A stretch of DNA of 64,000 nt from Cyanobacteriota bacterium (GTDB lineage: Bacteria > Cyanobacteriota > Cyanobacteriia > PCC-6307 > Cyanobiaceae). Below, one piece after another: positions 50,311-59,555 of this stretch. The notes under the pieces were generated by a model that saw only the letters and a list, made by a program, of their open reading frames with translations, was not told where the DNA came from and did not search any database. The position numbers were made by a program, and so were the translations under genes. The stretch spans positions 160,001 to 224,000 of the forward strand of contig JBJOMY010000004.1 in the NCBI GenBank assembly GCA_046052125.1. Reading direction: 5' to 3'. Position 1 is the first letter of the stretch, and every line of letters begins with the position of its first letter.

Positions 50311-51807
50311 TTATCGCTGCATTGGCAGGTTGGGCAGTTGCGGACCCCGTAACCGGATCACAGCACCGGCTCCGTCCTCGAGGGCTTGCAGTGGGAGTGA
50401 ACCAGCTCGGCCGCTGCTGCTGGTTTCGGCCTCGGCTTCGCCGCTGCGGGGCCGCAGCACGTAGGGCTCGCTCAGCGACCAGGTGCGCGCGTATTGCATC
50501 AGCAGTGGATCCGCCGGTGCAAACACATAGGAGGGGTGGCGTGGCACGGTTTCCAGCCCGCAGCGCTCCGCATCCATCCGCACGGCCCGGGTGATGCCCT
50601 GTACGAAGCGGGTGCGGGTCACCACCGTGGTGAGGTAGGCCACCACCCGCAGCCGCGGTGCATCGAAGCCTTCGGCGCACATGTCGATGCTCACGAGCCA
50701 GTCGGCTTCGCCGGCTTTGAAGCGCTCCATCCGCTCTGAGGCTTCCGGATCCTGGGAGTGCACCAGATGCACCCGGTCGCCTTCCTCCTCCAGCAAGCCG
50801 CAGATCCGCCTGGCGTGGGCGATGTCGCGGGCGATCACCAGCCCGCCAGCGCCTGGATGCTCACGCCGCACGGCCTCAAGGCGGCGGCGGGCATTGAGCA
50901 ACAGCCGCAGGGCAATGCTGCTGCTGTCTCCCAGTCGGATGGCACGCCGCAAGTTGCGTGCTCTCCAGCTCTCCCGTTGCTCTTGCGACAGGGGAGAGCG
51001 TTCGCTGTCGCCCAGCTCCCCTTGGCGTCCGTGGTCCACCCAGCCGTCCTGGAAGCGAAATTCCAGGGGGCGAACATCCCCGGCGGCGATCAGCTCCCGA
51101 GGTTCCACGCTCAGGTCCGGGGCAATCTGCTCCACCCACTCCAGGCCGTCCTGCACCTGGATGCGCCGCGCCGCGCAGAAACCGAGGTTGTCCGCTCGAA
51201 ACGGCGTTCCGGTGAGCCCGAGCCGAAGCTTGGCCGTGGCGCTGAGGCGGCTGAAGGCGTGGCCCCAGGCAGTGGCTTCCGGCTCCTCTGGGTCCATGCC
51301 GAGGTGATGCACCTCATCGGCAATCGCCAGCCAGGCTTCCCAGCCCACTTGCTGGAGCTGCTCCTCCAGGAGCTCGAGATTGCGCCCGGCCGATTGGTAG
51401 GTGATCAGTAGGCCGTGCGTGCTGCTGCCCAGGGCCTGGAGGTCGCTGCCCGGCTGCCATTCCTCCAGCTCCAGCCCCAGGCGAGAAGCCGCGGCGAGCC
51501 ACTGGCTGGCGATCGAGCTGCGATGGCAAAACACCAACAGACGCTGCAGCCGCCCTTCGCGCTCCAACCGCTCGAAGCTGAGCAAGGCGCCGAGAGTTTT
51601 GCCGGCGCCGGGCCCGGCGTTGATCAACACGTCGTGGTTGCCGGGGCGTTCCAGTCGTCGCCGCAACAGCTGAATCAGCTGGGTTTGCCATTGCCGCGGC
51701 TGCACAGCCGGCGGCTGCCGGAGTGGCGTGATCGGCGGCGCCGTGAGCGAGGGAGCGCCCTGCAGGGGGCGCCGCGGTAGGCGTAGATCGAACGACGGCG
51801 AAGCCAT
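50311..51807 (-). CDS. Superfamily II (DEAD/DEAH-box) helicase
   Basis: AGPGAGKT, DEVHH, LTGTPFR, EGFDAP and QGITRAVR motifs. Confidence 0.9.
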   Translation of the reverse strand: MASPSFDLRLPRRPLQGAPSLTAPPITPLRQPPAVQPRQWQTQLIQLLRRRLERPGNHDVLINAGPGAGKTLGALLSFERLEREGRLQRLLVFCHRSSIASQWLAAASRLGLELEEWQPGSDLQALGSSTHGLLITYQSAGRNLELLEEQLQQVGWEAWLAIADEVHHLGMDPEEPEATAWGHAFSRLSATAKLRLGLTGTPFRADNLGFCAARRIQVQDGLEWVEQIAPDLSVEPRELIAAGDVRPLEFRFQDGWVDHGRQGELGDSERSPLSQEQRESWRARNLRRAIRLGDSSSIALRLLLNARRRLEAVRREHPGAGGLVIARDIAHARRICGLLEEEGDRVHLVHSQDPEASERMERFKAGEADWLVSIDMCAEGFDAPRLRVVAYLTTVVTRTRFVQGITRAVRMDAERCGLETVPRHPSYVFAPADPLLMQYARTWSLSEPYVLRPRSGEAEAETSSSGRAGSLPLQALEDGAGAVIRLRGPQLPNLPMQR

Positions 51808-51924
51808 CCCGCCATTTTGTTGGCAGGAAGTGAAAAAAGTTGAGGGTTTCTACCTATTCGCTTTGGCGCTGGCGTCCTTAACTTCCGGCCATCACCCCGC
51901 TCCCGGGCCCCAACCCGCTAGCCC

Positions 51925-52101
51925 ATGGACGAGCGCTCCCTCTTCTCCCTCACGCCCGATGAGCTGCGGCAGCACTTTGAGCGTGCCCTCGATCTCGAGT
52001 GTGACCTCGATCCGATGATCCTGCGGGCACGGCAACTGCGGCAGCAGGGCTCCACTCCCCAGGCCCGCTGCCTGGAGCAGGAGCTGCTACCGCTGTTCTG
52101 A
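51925..52101 (+). CDS. Small hypothetical protein (58 aa, not in the ORF track)
   Basis: Hand translation MDERSLFSLTPDELRQHFERALDLECDLDPMILRARQLRQQGSTPQARCLEQELLPLF*. Confidence 0.6.
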   Translation: MDERSLFSLTPDELRQHFERALDLECDLDPMILRARQLRQQGSTPQARCLEQELLPLF

Positions 52102-52202
52102 TCGCTTCCTTGTGCGGATGTGATCACACGCTTCAACAAACCATTGCCGCCGCCGCGAAGCCCGGCAAACACTGGAGCGTTGTGACGTAAGGCGGCGGGC
52201 GA

Positions 52203-53354
52203 TTGGTACGTGTGCTGGTGCCGCGGGAATGCCGCTCCGGGGAAACCCGCGTGGCGGTAACTCCTGAAACCGTGAAGCGCCTGATGGCTCGAGGCTGCCT
52301 GCTGCAGGTGGAGCAGGGAGCAGGCGAGGCCAGTGGTTTTGAAGATGGGGCCTACGGCGAGGCAGGCGCCGAACTGATTGATCCGGAGGCCGGTGCGGCT
52401 GATCACTGGAGCCGGGCGGATGTGCTGCTGGCGGTGCAGGCGGCCGCTGTTGCCCAGCAGCGCCGAGAGCTGGAGGCGCTCCGCCCCGGCGCCCTGCTCC
52501 TCGGTTTGCTGGAGCCCCATGGCAATGAAGCGCTCAAACAACAGCTCGAGCAGCGCCGCCTCTCGGCCATGGCCCTGGAGCTGTTGCCGCGCATCAGTCG
52601 CGCCCAGACCATGGACGTGCTCTCCTCCCAGGCCAACATCGCCGGCTACAAGGCGGTGCTGCTGGCCTCGGCGGCTCTGGATCGCTACGTGCCGATGCTG
52701 ATGACGGCGGCCGGCACGATTCAGCCGGCCCGCGCCCTGATCCTGGGGGCGGGTGTGGCTGGTTTGCAGGCCCTGGCCACGGCCCGCCGGCTGGGCGCCG
52801 TGGCCTACGTGAGCGATGTGCGCGCCGCTGCAAAAGAGCAGGTGGAATCGCTGGGGGGCCGGTTTATTGCACCACCGGAGATCGAGCAGAAACCCGGCGA
52901 AACCGGCGGCTACGCCCAGCAGGCCACTGAAGCGTTCCTGGCCGAACAGCGCCGCCAGCTCACCGAGCAGCTCGCCCTGGCCGACATGGTGATCTGCACC
53001 GCCCAGGTGCCTGGCCGGCCGGCCCCACGCTTGATCGATGACGCCATGCTGCGGCACATGCGCCCCGGCAGCGTGGTGGTGGATCTGGCGGTGGCCCAGG
53101 GCGGCAACTGCGAGGGCAGCCAGCCGGGAACCACCGTGCTGCGCCACGGCGTGCAGCTCATCGGTGCTGATCAGCTGCCGTGCAGCGTGGCCAACCACGC
53201 CAGCGCCCTCTACGCCCGCAACGTGGCCGCCCTGCTGGAGCACCTGCTGGCTGCTGGTGGCGACCAACCCACTGCCCTGCAACTCGACCTGGAGGATCCG
53301 ATCGTGAGCGGTTGCCTGTTCACCCACCACAACCCCGCCGGAGGTGCGGCATGA
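52203..53354 (+). CDS. pntA: NAD(P) transhydrogenase alpha subunit, part 1 (domain I)
   Basis: ETRVAVTPE, PRISRAQTMDVLSSQANIAGY, GAGVAGL and GGNC motifs. Confidence 0.95.
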   Translation: MVRVLVPRECRSGETRVAVTPETVKRLMARGCLLQVEQGAGEASGFEDGAYGEAGAELIDPEAGAADHWSRADVLLAVQAAAVAQQRRELEALRPGALLLGLLEPHGNEALKQQLEQRRLSAMALELLPRISRAQTMDVLSSQANIAGYKAVLLASAALDRYVPMLMTAAGTIQPARALILGAGVAGLQALATARRLGAVAYVSDVRAAAKEQVESLGGRFIAPPEIEQKPGETGGYAQQATEAFLAEQRRQLTEQLALADMVICTAQVPGRPAPRLIDDAMLRHMRPGSVVVDLAVAQGGNCEGSQPGTTVLRHGVQLIGADQLPCSVANHASALYARNVAALLEHLLAAGGDQPTALQLDLEDPIVSGCLFTHHNPAGGAA

Positions 53355-53680
53355 GCAACCTCTCGCAAGCCCTCTGGGTGCTGCTGCTCGGCAGCCTGTT
53401 GGGGCTGGAGTTGATCGGCAAGGTGCCGCCCACCCTGCACACGCCGCTGATGAGCGGCGCCAATGCGATCAGCGGCATCACGGTGCTCGCCTCGATCACC
53501 CTGGTGGCCAACGCCGAGGGCAATCCCGCTCTGCTGATCCTGGGGTCGGTGTCCCTCGGTTTTGCCCTCTTCAACGTGATCGGCGGCTTTCTGGTCACCG
53601 ATCGGATGCTGGCGATGTTCAGCCGCAAGCCGTCCAACTCGAAAGCAACCAGCACCAAACCATCGGGAGTCGGCCAATGA
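53351..53680 (+). CDS. pntA: NAD(P) transhydrogenase alpha subunit, part 2 (membrane)
   Basis: VPPTLHTPLMSGANAISG and NVIGGFLVTDRMLAMF; ATGA overlap. Confidence 0.95.
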   Translation: MSNLSQALWVLLLGSLLGLELIGKVPPTLHTPLMSGANAISGITVLASITLVANAEGNPALLILGSVSLGFALFNVIGGFLVTDRMLAMFSRKPSNSKATSTKPSGVGQ

Positions 53681-55095
53681 ACGTGCTCGATCTGTTTGGG
53701 TATTCGATTGATCTGCTGGCGGTCTTACTGCTGGCCCTGGGCCTCAAGGGCCTCTCCACCGTTCGCTCCGCCCGCTCGGCCAATGGTCTGGCGGCCCTGG
53801 CCATGGGACTGGCGGTGCTCGGGTTGCTGCTGCAGGTGCAACCGGATCCGATCGCCTGGCTCTGGATCGCGATCGGCAGCGCGGCCGGCGGCCTGCTGGG
53901 CCTGATCACGGCGCGGCGTGTGCCGATGACCGCCATGCCCGAGACCGTGGCGCTGTTTAACGGCTGCGGCGGCATGGCGTCGCTGTTGGTGGCCCTCGCC
54001 GTCGCCCTTTACGACAGTGCCGACGCCGATCTGGTGTCGATCATCTCGATCGTGATCTCGGTGTTCGTGGGGGCGATCACTTTCAGCGGCTCGATTGCAG
54101 CGATGGGCAAGCTGCAGGGCTGGCTCGGCACCCCTGGTTGGACCCAGAGCGGCATCCGCCATGCGGTGAATATTGTTCTGGCCTTGATGGCCGTGGTGGC
54201 CGGCTTCGCGCTTCCGGCTGATCCCACCGGTTTGCCCCTCTGGCTCTTGCTGGTGGCCTCCACCCTTCTCGGCATTGGCGTCACCCTGCCCATCGGCGGG
54301 GCCGACATGCCGGTGGTGATCTCGCTGCTCAACTCCTACTCGGGTGTGGCTGCCGCCGCCGCCGGTTTCGTGGTGGGCAGTCAGCTGCTGATCGTGGCCG
54401 GCGCCATGGTGGGCGCGGCGGGTCTGATTCTCACCCAGGTGATGTGCACCGGCATGAATCGCTCGCTGGTGAGCGTGCTCTTCGGTGGGGCCCTGGGCGG
54501 CAGCGCGCCGGTGGGCGGCGGTGGTGATGAGGCGGGCTACAGCCGCATCGTGAGCTGCAGCGCCGAGGAGTGCGCCATGGCCCTGGAGAACGCCGAACGG
54601 GTGGTGTTTGTGCCTGGCTACGGCCTGGCGGTGGCCCAGGCCCAGCACGCCCTGCGGGAGCTCTCCAAGCTGCTCGAGGCCAACGGTTCTGAAGTGAGCT
54701 ACGCCATCCATCCGGTGGCGGGTCGCATGCCGGGCCACATGAACGTGCTGCTGGCGGAGGCCGATGTTCCCTACGAGCAGCTGCTCGAGATGGACACGGT
54801 GAATCCCGAGTTTCCGCGCACCGATGTGGTGATCGTGCTCGGCGCCAACGACGTGGTGAATCCCGACGCCAAAAACGACAGCACCAGTCCCCTCTATGGG
54901 ATGCCTGTGCTCGAGGTGGACCAGTCCAGGCAGGTGTTCGTGGTGAAGCGCAGCCTGGGGGCGGGCTACGCCGGCATTAAAAATGCCTTGTTTGAGCTGC
55001 CCCAGACGGCCATGGTGTTTGGCGATGCCAAGGCGGTGCTGCAGCAGCTCTGCACGGAGTTGCGCAGTCAGGGTGTCGGAAAAGTCGCTGCCTGA
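53677..55095 (+). CDS. pntB: NAD(P) transhydrogenase beta subunit
   Basis: MTAMPETVA, IGGADMPVVISLLNSYSG, HPVAGRMPGHMNVLLAEA and GANDVVNP motifs. Confidence 0.96.
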   Translation: MNVLDLFGYSIDLLAVLLLALGLKGLSTVRSARSANGLAALAMGLAVLGLLLQVQPDPIAWLWIAIGSAAGGLLGLITARRVPMTAMPETVALFNGCGGMASLLVALAVALYDSADADLVSIISIVISVFVGAITFSGSIAAMGKLQGWLGTPGWTQSGIRHAVNIVLALMAVVAGFALPADPTGLPLWLLLVASTLLGIGVTLPIGGADMPVVISLLNSYSGVAAAAAGFVVGSQLLIVAGAMVGAAGLILTQVMCTGMNRSLVSVLFGGALGGSAPVGGGGDEAGYSRIVSCSAEECAMALENAERVVFVPGYGLAVAQAQHALRELSKLLEANGSEVSYAIHPVAGRMPGHMNVLLAEADVPYEQLLEMDTVNPEFPRTDVVIVLGANDVVNPDAKNDSTSPLYGMPVLEVDQSRQVFVVKRSLGAGYAGIKNALFELPQTAMVFGDAKAVLQQLCTELRSQGVGKVAA

Positions 55096-56155
55096 ATCGG
55101 ATCTGCCCGCGGCCCTAGGGCTTGAGCCCTTCCGGCCGCGTTTGCCCTGGCTGAACGGTGATCTGCAGACCCTGCGCGACACCCTGCGCCCGGTGCCCTT
55201 GCCACCGGACCAGGGCGAGGTGGTGCAGATCCCTGTTGGTGGTGATGATCAGCTTGTGGCTCTGCTCGACCCGCCCCTGGGTGCAGCCGCGCCGAAAGCT
55301 CTTGTGCTGTTGATGCACGGCCTGGGCGGCAGCAGCTCCCGCAGCGGTCTGCGCCGCATGGGCATCACCCTGCAACACGCCGGCTTTGCGGTGCTGCGGC
55401 TAAATATGCGCGGCGCCGGCCCCGGCCGTGCGCTGGCCCGCGGCACCTACGCCGCCAGCTGCAACAGCGATCTGTTGCCCGCCCTGGCCCGGGCCAGGGA
55501 GCTGGCGGCGGGGCGGCCGCTGCTGGGAATGGGCATCTCCTTGGGGGGCACCAAGCTGTTCAATGCGCTGCTCAGAGTGCCTGGCCTGCTGGATGGCTTG
55601 GTAACGATCAGCTCACCGCTGGATCTGGCGTCCTGTTCCGAGCAGATCGAGCGCCCCCGCAATCGCCTCTACAAGCGCTGGTTGCTGCAGCGCTTGGTAG
55701 CCCAGACCCTCGCCGATCCCTTCGGGGTGAGTGAAGAGGAGCGTGAAGCGCTCGCCGGCCGCGGGCCCATGGGGCCCATGGACAGCATCCGAGCTTTCGA
55801 TGGAGCGATCACGGCACCGCGTTGGGGGTACCGCTCAGTGGATCACTACTACCGCGAAGCCAGCCCCCTGCAGCGATTGCAGGTTCGTGCAGAGGACCCC
55901 CAGCTCTCCGCACGATCCCGGTGGCCATCTCTGCTCCCGCCCACCCTGGTGGTGCACGCCATCGATGATCCGTGGGTGCCGGTGGAAGCTGCCCAGCAGC
56001 TGGCGGCTTTGAAGCTGCCCGGTGTTGAGGTGTTGCTCACCGCCGCTGGCGGCCACAACGGTTTCCATGCCCGCTGCGATGGCCGCGGCGCTGAGACCGG
56101 CAACTGGGGGGATCGGCTCACGGCCCGCTGGTTTGGGCGTTTGCTGGCCGATTAG
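55073..56155 (+). CDS. YheT-like alpha/beta hydrolase
   Basis: GDLQT, HGLGGS, NMRG, GISLGG, DDPWV and GGHNGF motifs; GTG 55073 chosen as start. Confidence 0.85.
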   Translation: MSEKSLPESDLPAALGLEPFRPRLPWLNGDLQTLRDTLRPVPLPPDQGEVVQIPVGGDDQLVALLDPPLGAAAPKALVLLMHGLGGSSSRSGLRRMGITLQHAGFAVLRLNMRGAGPGRALARGTYAASCNSDLLPALARARELAAGRPLLGMGISLGGTKLFNALLRVPGLLDGLVTISSPLDLASCSEQIERPRNRLYKRWLLQRLVAQTLADPFGVSEEEREALAGRGPMGPMDSIRAFDGAITAPRWGYRSVDHYYREASPLQRLQVRAEDPQLSARSRWPSLLPPTLVVHAIDDPWVPVEAAQQLAALKLPGVEVLLTAAGGHNGFHARCDGRGAETGNWGDRLTARWFGRLLAD

Positions 56156-56514
56156 ACCTCGGCGGGTTGATCGTTCGCCGCGGTTTCGCGGAACGGCATG
56201 CGTTTCACGATCCAGGGGTCAATCGGCGTGCCGCCGATCACGTGGTCCCGCAGGATCTGCTCAATCCGCTCGGGGGAAACGCCGCCGTAGACGATGCCCT
56301 CTGGCCAAATCAGCAACACCGGCCCTTCTGTGCAGATGCGCAGGCAGTCGGCTTTGGTGCGCAGCACGATCCCCTGCGGCCGCGCCGGATCTTCTAAGCC
56401 CCATTCGCGCACCAGGCGCTTGAGGGTGTTCCAGCTGGCCTGGCCCATGGCCGGATCTTGGCAGCAGAGCGCCTTGGCCGGCGTGGCGCAGAGCAGCAGG
56501 TGGTGAGAAATCAC
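56152..56514 (-). CDS. Thioredoxin-like (2Fe-2S) ferredoxin
   Basis: HLLLC…CC…RTKADCLRICTEGP…WPEGIVY. Confidence 0.85.
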   Translation of the reverse strand: MISHHLLLCATPAKALCCQDPAMGQASWNTLKRLVREWGLEDPARPQGIVLRTKADCLRICTEGPVLLIWPEGIVYGGVSPERIEQILRDHVIGGTPIDPWIVKRMPFRETAANDQPAEV

Positions 56515-56537
56515 AGGCGAGCTGAGCTGGCGCGCGA

Positions 56538-57788
56538 TCAGGCCGGCAGCGCAGCCGGCGTTCTCGTGTTGAGCCGGGCTGCAGCTTCACGCACCGCCTC
56601 ACGGCTCCAGGCGTCCACGGCCAGCACGTCGTCCAGAGAGGGATCGGCCTTGAGCTCGGCTTTGTGGCGATCACACACCACGTCGATTAAGCGCGGGATA
56701 TCGAGGAAGTGGATCTGTTCGTCGAGGAAGAGCGCCACGGCCTGCTCGTTAGCGGCGTTCATCACCGCCGGCATCGTGCCGCCGGCGCGGCCGGCTGCGT
56801 AAGCCAGCTCCATGCAGGGGTATTTGGCAGGGTCGGGCTTGCGGAAGGTGAGCGATCCCACTTCGGTGAGATCGAGGCGGCGCCAGGGGGTGTCCAGGCG
56901 CTCCGGCCAACTCATGCAGTAGAGGATCGGCAGCTTCATATCGGGCCAGCCCAGTTGCGCCAGCACCGACGAATCGGCCAGCTCCACCATCGAGTGGATG
57001 ATCGATTGGGGGTGGATCACGATCTCGATGTGGTCGTAATCCAGGCCGAACAGGTAGTGGGCCTCGATCACCTCCAGGCCCTTGTTCATCAGGGAGGCGG
57101 AATCCACCGTGATCTTGCGGCCCATGCTCCAGTTGGGGTGACTGGTGGCATCGGCCACGGTGGCCTTGTGCAGATCAGCGGCGTCCCAGTCGCGGAAGGC
57201 CCCACCGCTGGCGGTGAGCTGGATGCGGCGCAGACCGGGGGTTGGCACGCCGGTGCTCAGGCGTGCGGTGTCGGCCCAGGGGGTGCCCTGCAGGCACTGG
57301 AAGATGGCGGAGTGCTCGGAATCGGCAGGGAGCAGGCGCGAGCCGGATTTCGCCAGCTCTGGCAGCACTACCGGGCCTGCAGCGATCAGGGTTTCCTTGT
57401 TGGCCAGGGCCAGATCCTTGCCGGCGCGAATTGCAGCGAGGGTGGGCAGCAGGCCGGCGCAGCCCACGATGCCGGTGACAACCAGATCAGCCGTGGGCCA
57501 GGCGGCGGCGGTGCAGATCCCATCGGGTCCGCCCACCAGCTCGGGCAGCTTGGCCGGCTTGGCTGAGGATTCCAGGGCTTCGAGGCGGGCGCGCAGCTCG
57601 GCCACGCGCTCGGCATCAGCCAGGGCTACCACTTCAGGGGCGTGGCGCTGGATCTGGCTGATCAGCAGATCGAGGTTGTTGCCGGCCGTGAGGGCCACCA
57701 CCCGGAAGCGATCGGGGAAGTCCTCCACGATCTCGAGCGTTTGCGTGCCGATCGAACCGGTGGAGCCGAGCACGGAGAGGGCTTTCAC
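56538..57788 (-). CDS. dxr: 1-deoxy-D-xylulose-5-phosphate reductoisomerase
   Basis: [37 protein letters not shown] and NAANE motifs. Confidence 0.98.
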   Translation of the reverse strand: MKALSVLGSTGSIGTQTLEIVEDFPDRFRVVALTAGNNLDLLISQIQRHAPEVVALADAERVAELRARLEALESSAKPAKLPELVGGPDGICTAAAWPTADLVVTGIVGCAGLLPTLAAIRAGKDLALANKETLIAAGPVVLPELAKSGSRLLPADSEHSAIFQCLQGTPWADTARLSTGVPTPGLRRIQLTASGGAFRDWDAADLHKATVADATSHPNWSMGRKITVDSASLMNKGLEVIEAHYLFGLDYDHIEIVIHPQSIIHSMVELADSSVLAQLGWPDMKLPILYCMSWPERLDTPWRRLDLTEVGSLTFRKPDPAKYPCMELAYAAGRAGGTMPAVMNAANEQAVALFLDEQIHFLDIPRLIDVVCDRHKAELKADPSLDDVLAVDAWSREAVREAAARLNTRTPAALPA

Positions 57789-57869
57789 GGCTGGATCGGC
57801 GAACGGCGCGGCCAGTCTCCCACTGCCTCGAGCCGGTAGGGCTTAACTGGCCTGAGCAAGGAGCCCCCC

Positions 57870-58085
57870 ATGGCCTCAGGACCCCAGTGGCTGCAGCGCT
57901 GGAATTTCATCGAGCGCGCCCGGCTGGAGCGTCAGCTCTGGGATGCCTTTGAGCGTGGCGAGCCGATCGAGCAGCTGGTGGAGCAGTGCGAACCCGGCTT
58001 CCAGAAGGAGGTGTGGAGCACCACGGCCGTGCGGATTCGCAAGATCGAGGAGATGATGCGCTCCCAGCAGAACCCGAAGGGCTGA
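57870..58085 (+). CDS. Hypothetical protein (71 aa)
   Basis: ATG with upstream AAGGAG; WLQRWNFIERARLERQLWDAFE. Confidence 0.72.
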   Translation: MASGPQWLQRWNFIERARLERQLWDAFERGEPIEQLVEQCEPGFQKEVWSTTAVRIRKIEEMMRSQQNPKG

Positions 58086-58092
58086 GCTGAGT

Positions 58093-59544
58093 TCAGCTGC
58101 GCAGCCAGTCGGTGAGGCCGCCGGGTTTGTCGATTAGTTCGATGCCCTGGGCCTTGAGCTCATCGCGGATCCGATCGGCGGCAGCGAAATCGCGGGCGGC
58201 CTTGGCGGCTTTGCGGGCTTCGATCTGGGCTTCGATCTCGGCATCGCTGGGCCCGGCAGCGTCGGGTGAACCAGCCTGGGCTTCAGCCGTTTCGTGCCGC
58301 AGGCCCAACACGCTTGCCAGCTCCTGCAGCAGAGCAGCCTGGGCGATCAGCTCTGGCGTGCTGGCTTCGGCTTGGGCGTTGGTATCGCCCCGCTCAAGCC
58401 GGTTGGACAGGGCCCGCAGCGGTTTGGCCAGCTCGAACAGCACCGCCAGGGCGGCGGAGGTGTTGAGGTCATCGTCCATGGCCGCGGCGAAACGCTGGCG
58501 GGCTTCGGCGAGGGGGGCTGGCAGCTCGGCGGCTGCAGCTGTGGCGTTTGCGCTAAGGGTCAGGGCGGCATTGAGGCCTTTCCAGCCGGTGGACGCGGCG
58601 TCGAGCGCTTCGGCGGTGAAGTCGAGCGGTTTGCGGTAGTGGGCCTGGAGGGTGAACAGGCGCAGCGTCATCGGGGAGACGCCCGAATCAAGCAGGGCGC
58701 GGATCGTGGTGAAGTTGCCGAGCGATTTGCTCATCTTCTGGCCGCCCACGTTCACCATGCCGTTGTGCAGCCAGTAGTGGGCCAGCTCTTTGCCGGTGGC
58801 CGCTTCCGACTGGGCAATCTCGTTCTCGTGGTGCGGGAACACCAGATCGGCGCCCCCGAGATGGATGTCGATCGTGTCGCCCAGCTCCTCGCGCACCATC
58901 GCTGAACACTCGATGTGCCAACCCGGCCGCCCCTGGCCCCAGGGGGAGGGGAAGCTGGGTTCGCCCGGTTTGGCTCCTTTCCAAAGGGCGAAATCAAAGG
59001 GGTGTTGCTTGCGGGCTTCTTCCTCGGAGGCCACGCGGCCGGCGGCGTTGTCCTGCTGCTGCTCAAGGTCGCGGCCGCTGAGCTTGCCGTAGCCGGAGTG
59101 CTTCATCACGGCGAAATACACATCGCCATCGGCGGAGTAGGCGGCGCCTTTGGCCTCCAGTTCGCTGATCAGGGCCCGGATCGCTTCGAGGCTGCGGGTG
59201 GCCCGCGGCATGCGGTCCGCCGGAAGGATGTTGAGCCGCGTCATGTCGGCCACGAAGGCCTCGATGTTGCGCTCGCTCACCGCCTCCATCGAGCTGCCTT
59301 CCTCGGCGGCGCGGTTGAGGATCTTGTCGTCGATGTCGGTGTAGTTCTGCACGAACGTCACCGCATAGCCGCTCCAGCGCAGGTAGCGGCGCAGCACATC
59401 CCAGGCGATGTAGCTGCGGGCATGGCCCAGGTGGCAGAGGTCATACACCGTGACCCCGCAGCAGTAGATGCTCACCTTGCCGGGCTCGATCGGCCGGAAC
59501 TCCTCAACACGGCGCGTGAGGGTGTTGGTGAGCTTGAGGGTCAT
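58093..59544 (-). CDS. cysS: Cysteine--tRNA ligase
   Basis: CGVTVY…[27 protein letters not shown] and KMSKS motifs. Confidence 0.98.
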   Translation of the reverse strand: MTLKLTNTLTRRVEEFRPIEPGKVSIYCCGVTVYDLCHLGHARSYIAWDVLRRYLRWSGYAVTFVQNYTDIDDKILNRAAEEGSSMEAVSERNIEAFVADMTRLNILPADRMPRATRSLEAIRALISELEAKGAAYSADGDVYFAVMKHSGYGKLSGRDLEQQQDNAAGRVASEEEARKQHPFDFALWKGAKPGEPSFPSPWGQGRPGWHIECSAMVREELGDTIDIHLGGADLVFPHHENEIAQSEAATGKELAHYWLHNGMVNVGGQKMSKSLGNFTTIRALLDSGVSPMTLRLFTLQAHYRKPLDFTAEALDAASTGWKGLNAALTLSANATAAAAELPAPLAEARQRFAAAMDDDLNTSAALAVLFELAKPLRALSNRLERGDTNAQAEASTPELIAQAALLQELASVLGLRHETAEAQAGSPDAAGPSDAEIEAQIEARKAAKAARDFAAADRIRDELKAQGIELIDKPGGLTDWLRS

Positions 59545-59555
59545 CGAGCTGGGGC

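Noticed and set aside
53180..53680. Split pntA as a frameshifted pseudogene
   Set aside because: The three-gene transhydrogenase (alpha1, alpha2, beta) with ATGA overlaps is a known natural arrangement.
51918..55182. Long minus-strand ORFs (470 and 485 aa) opposite pntA and pntB
   Set aside because: Shadow ORFs; the sense strand carries clear transhydrogenase motifs.
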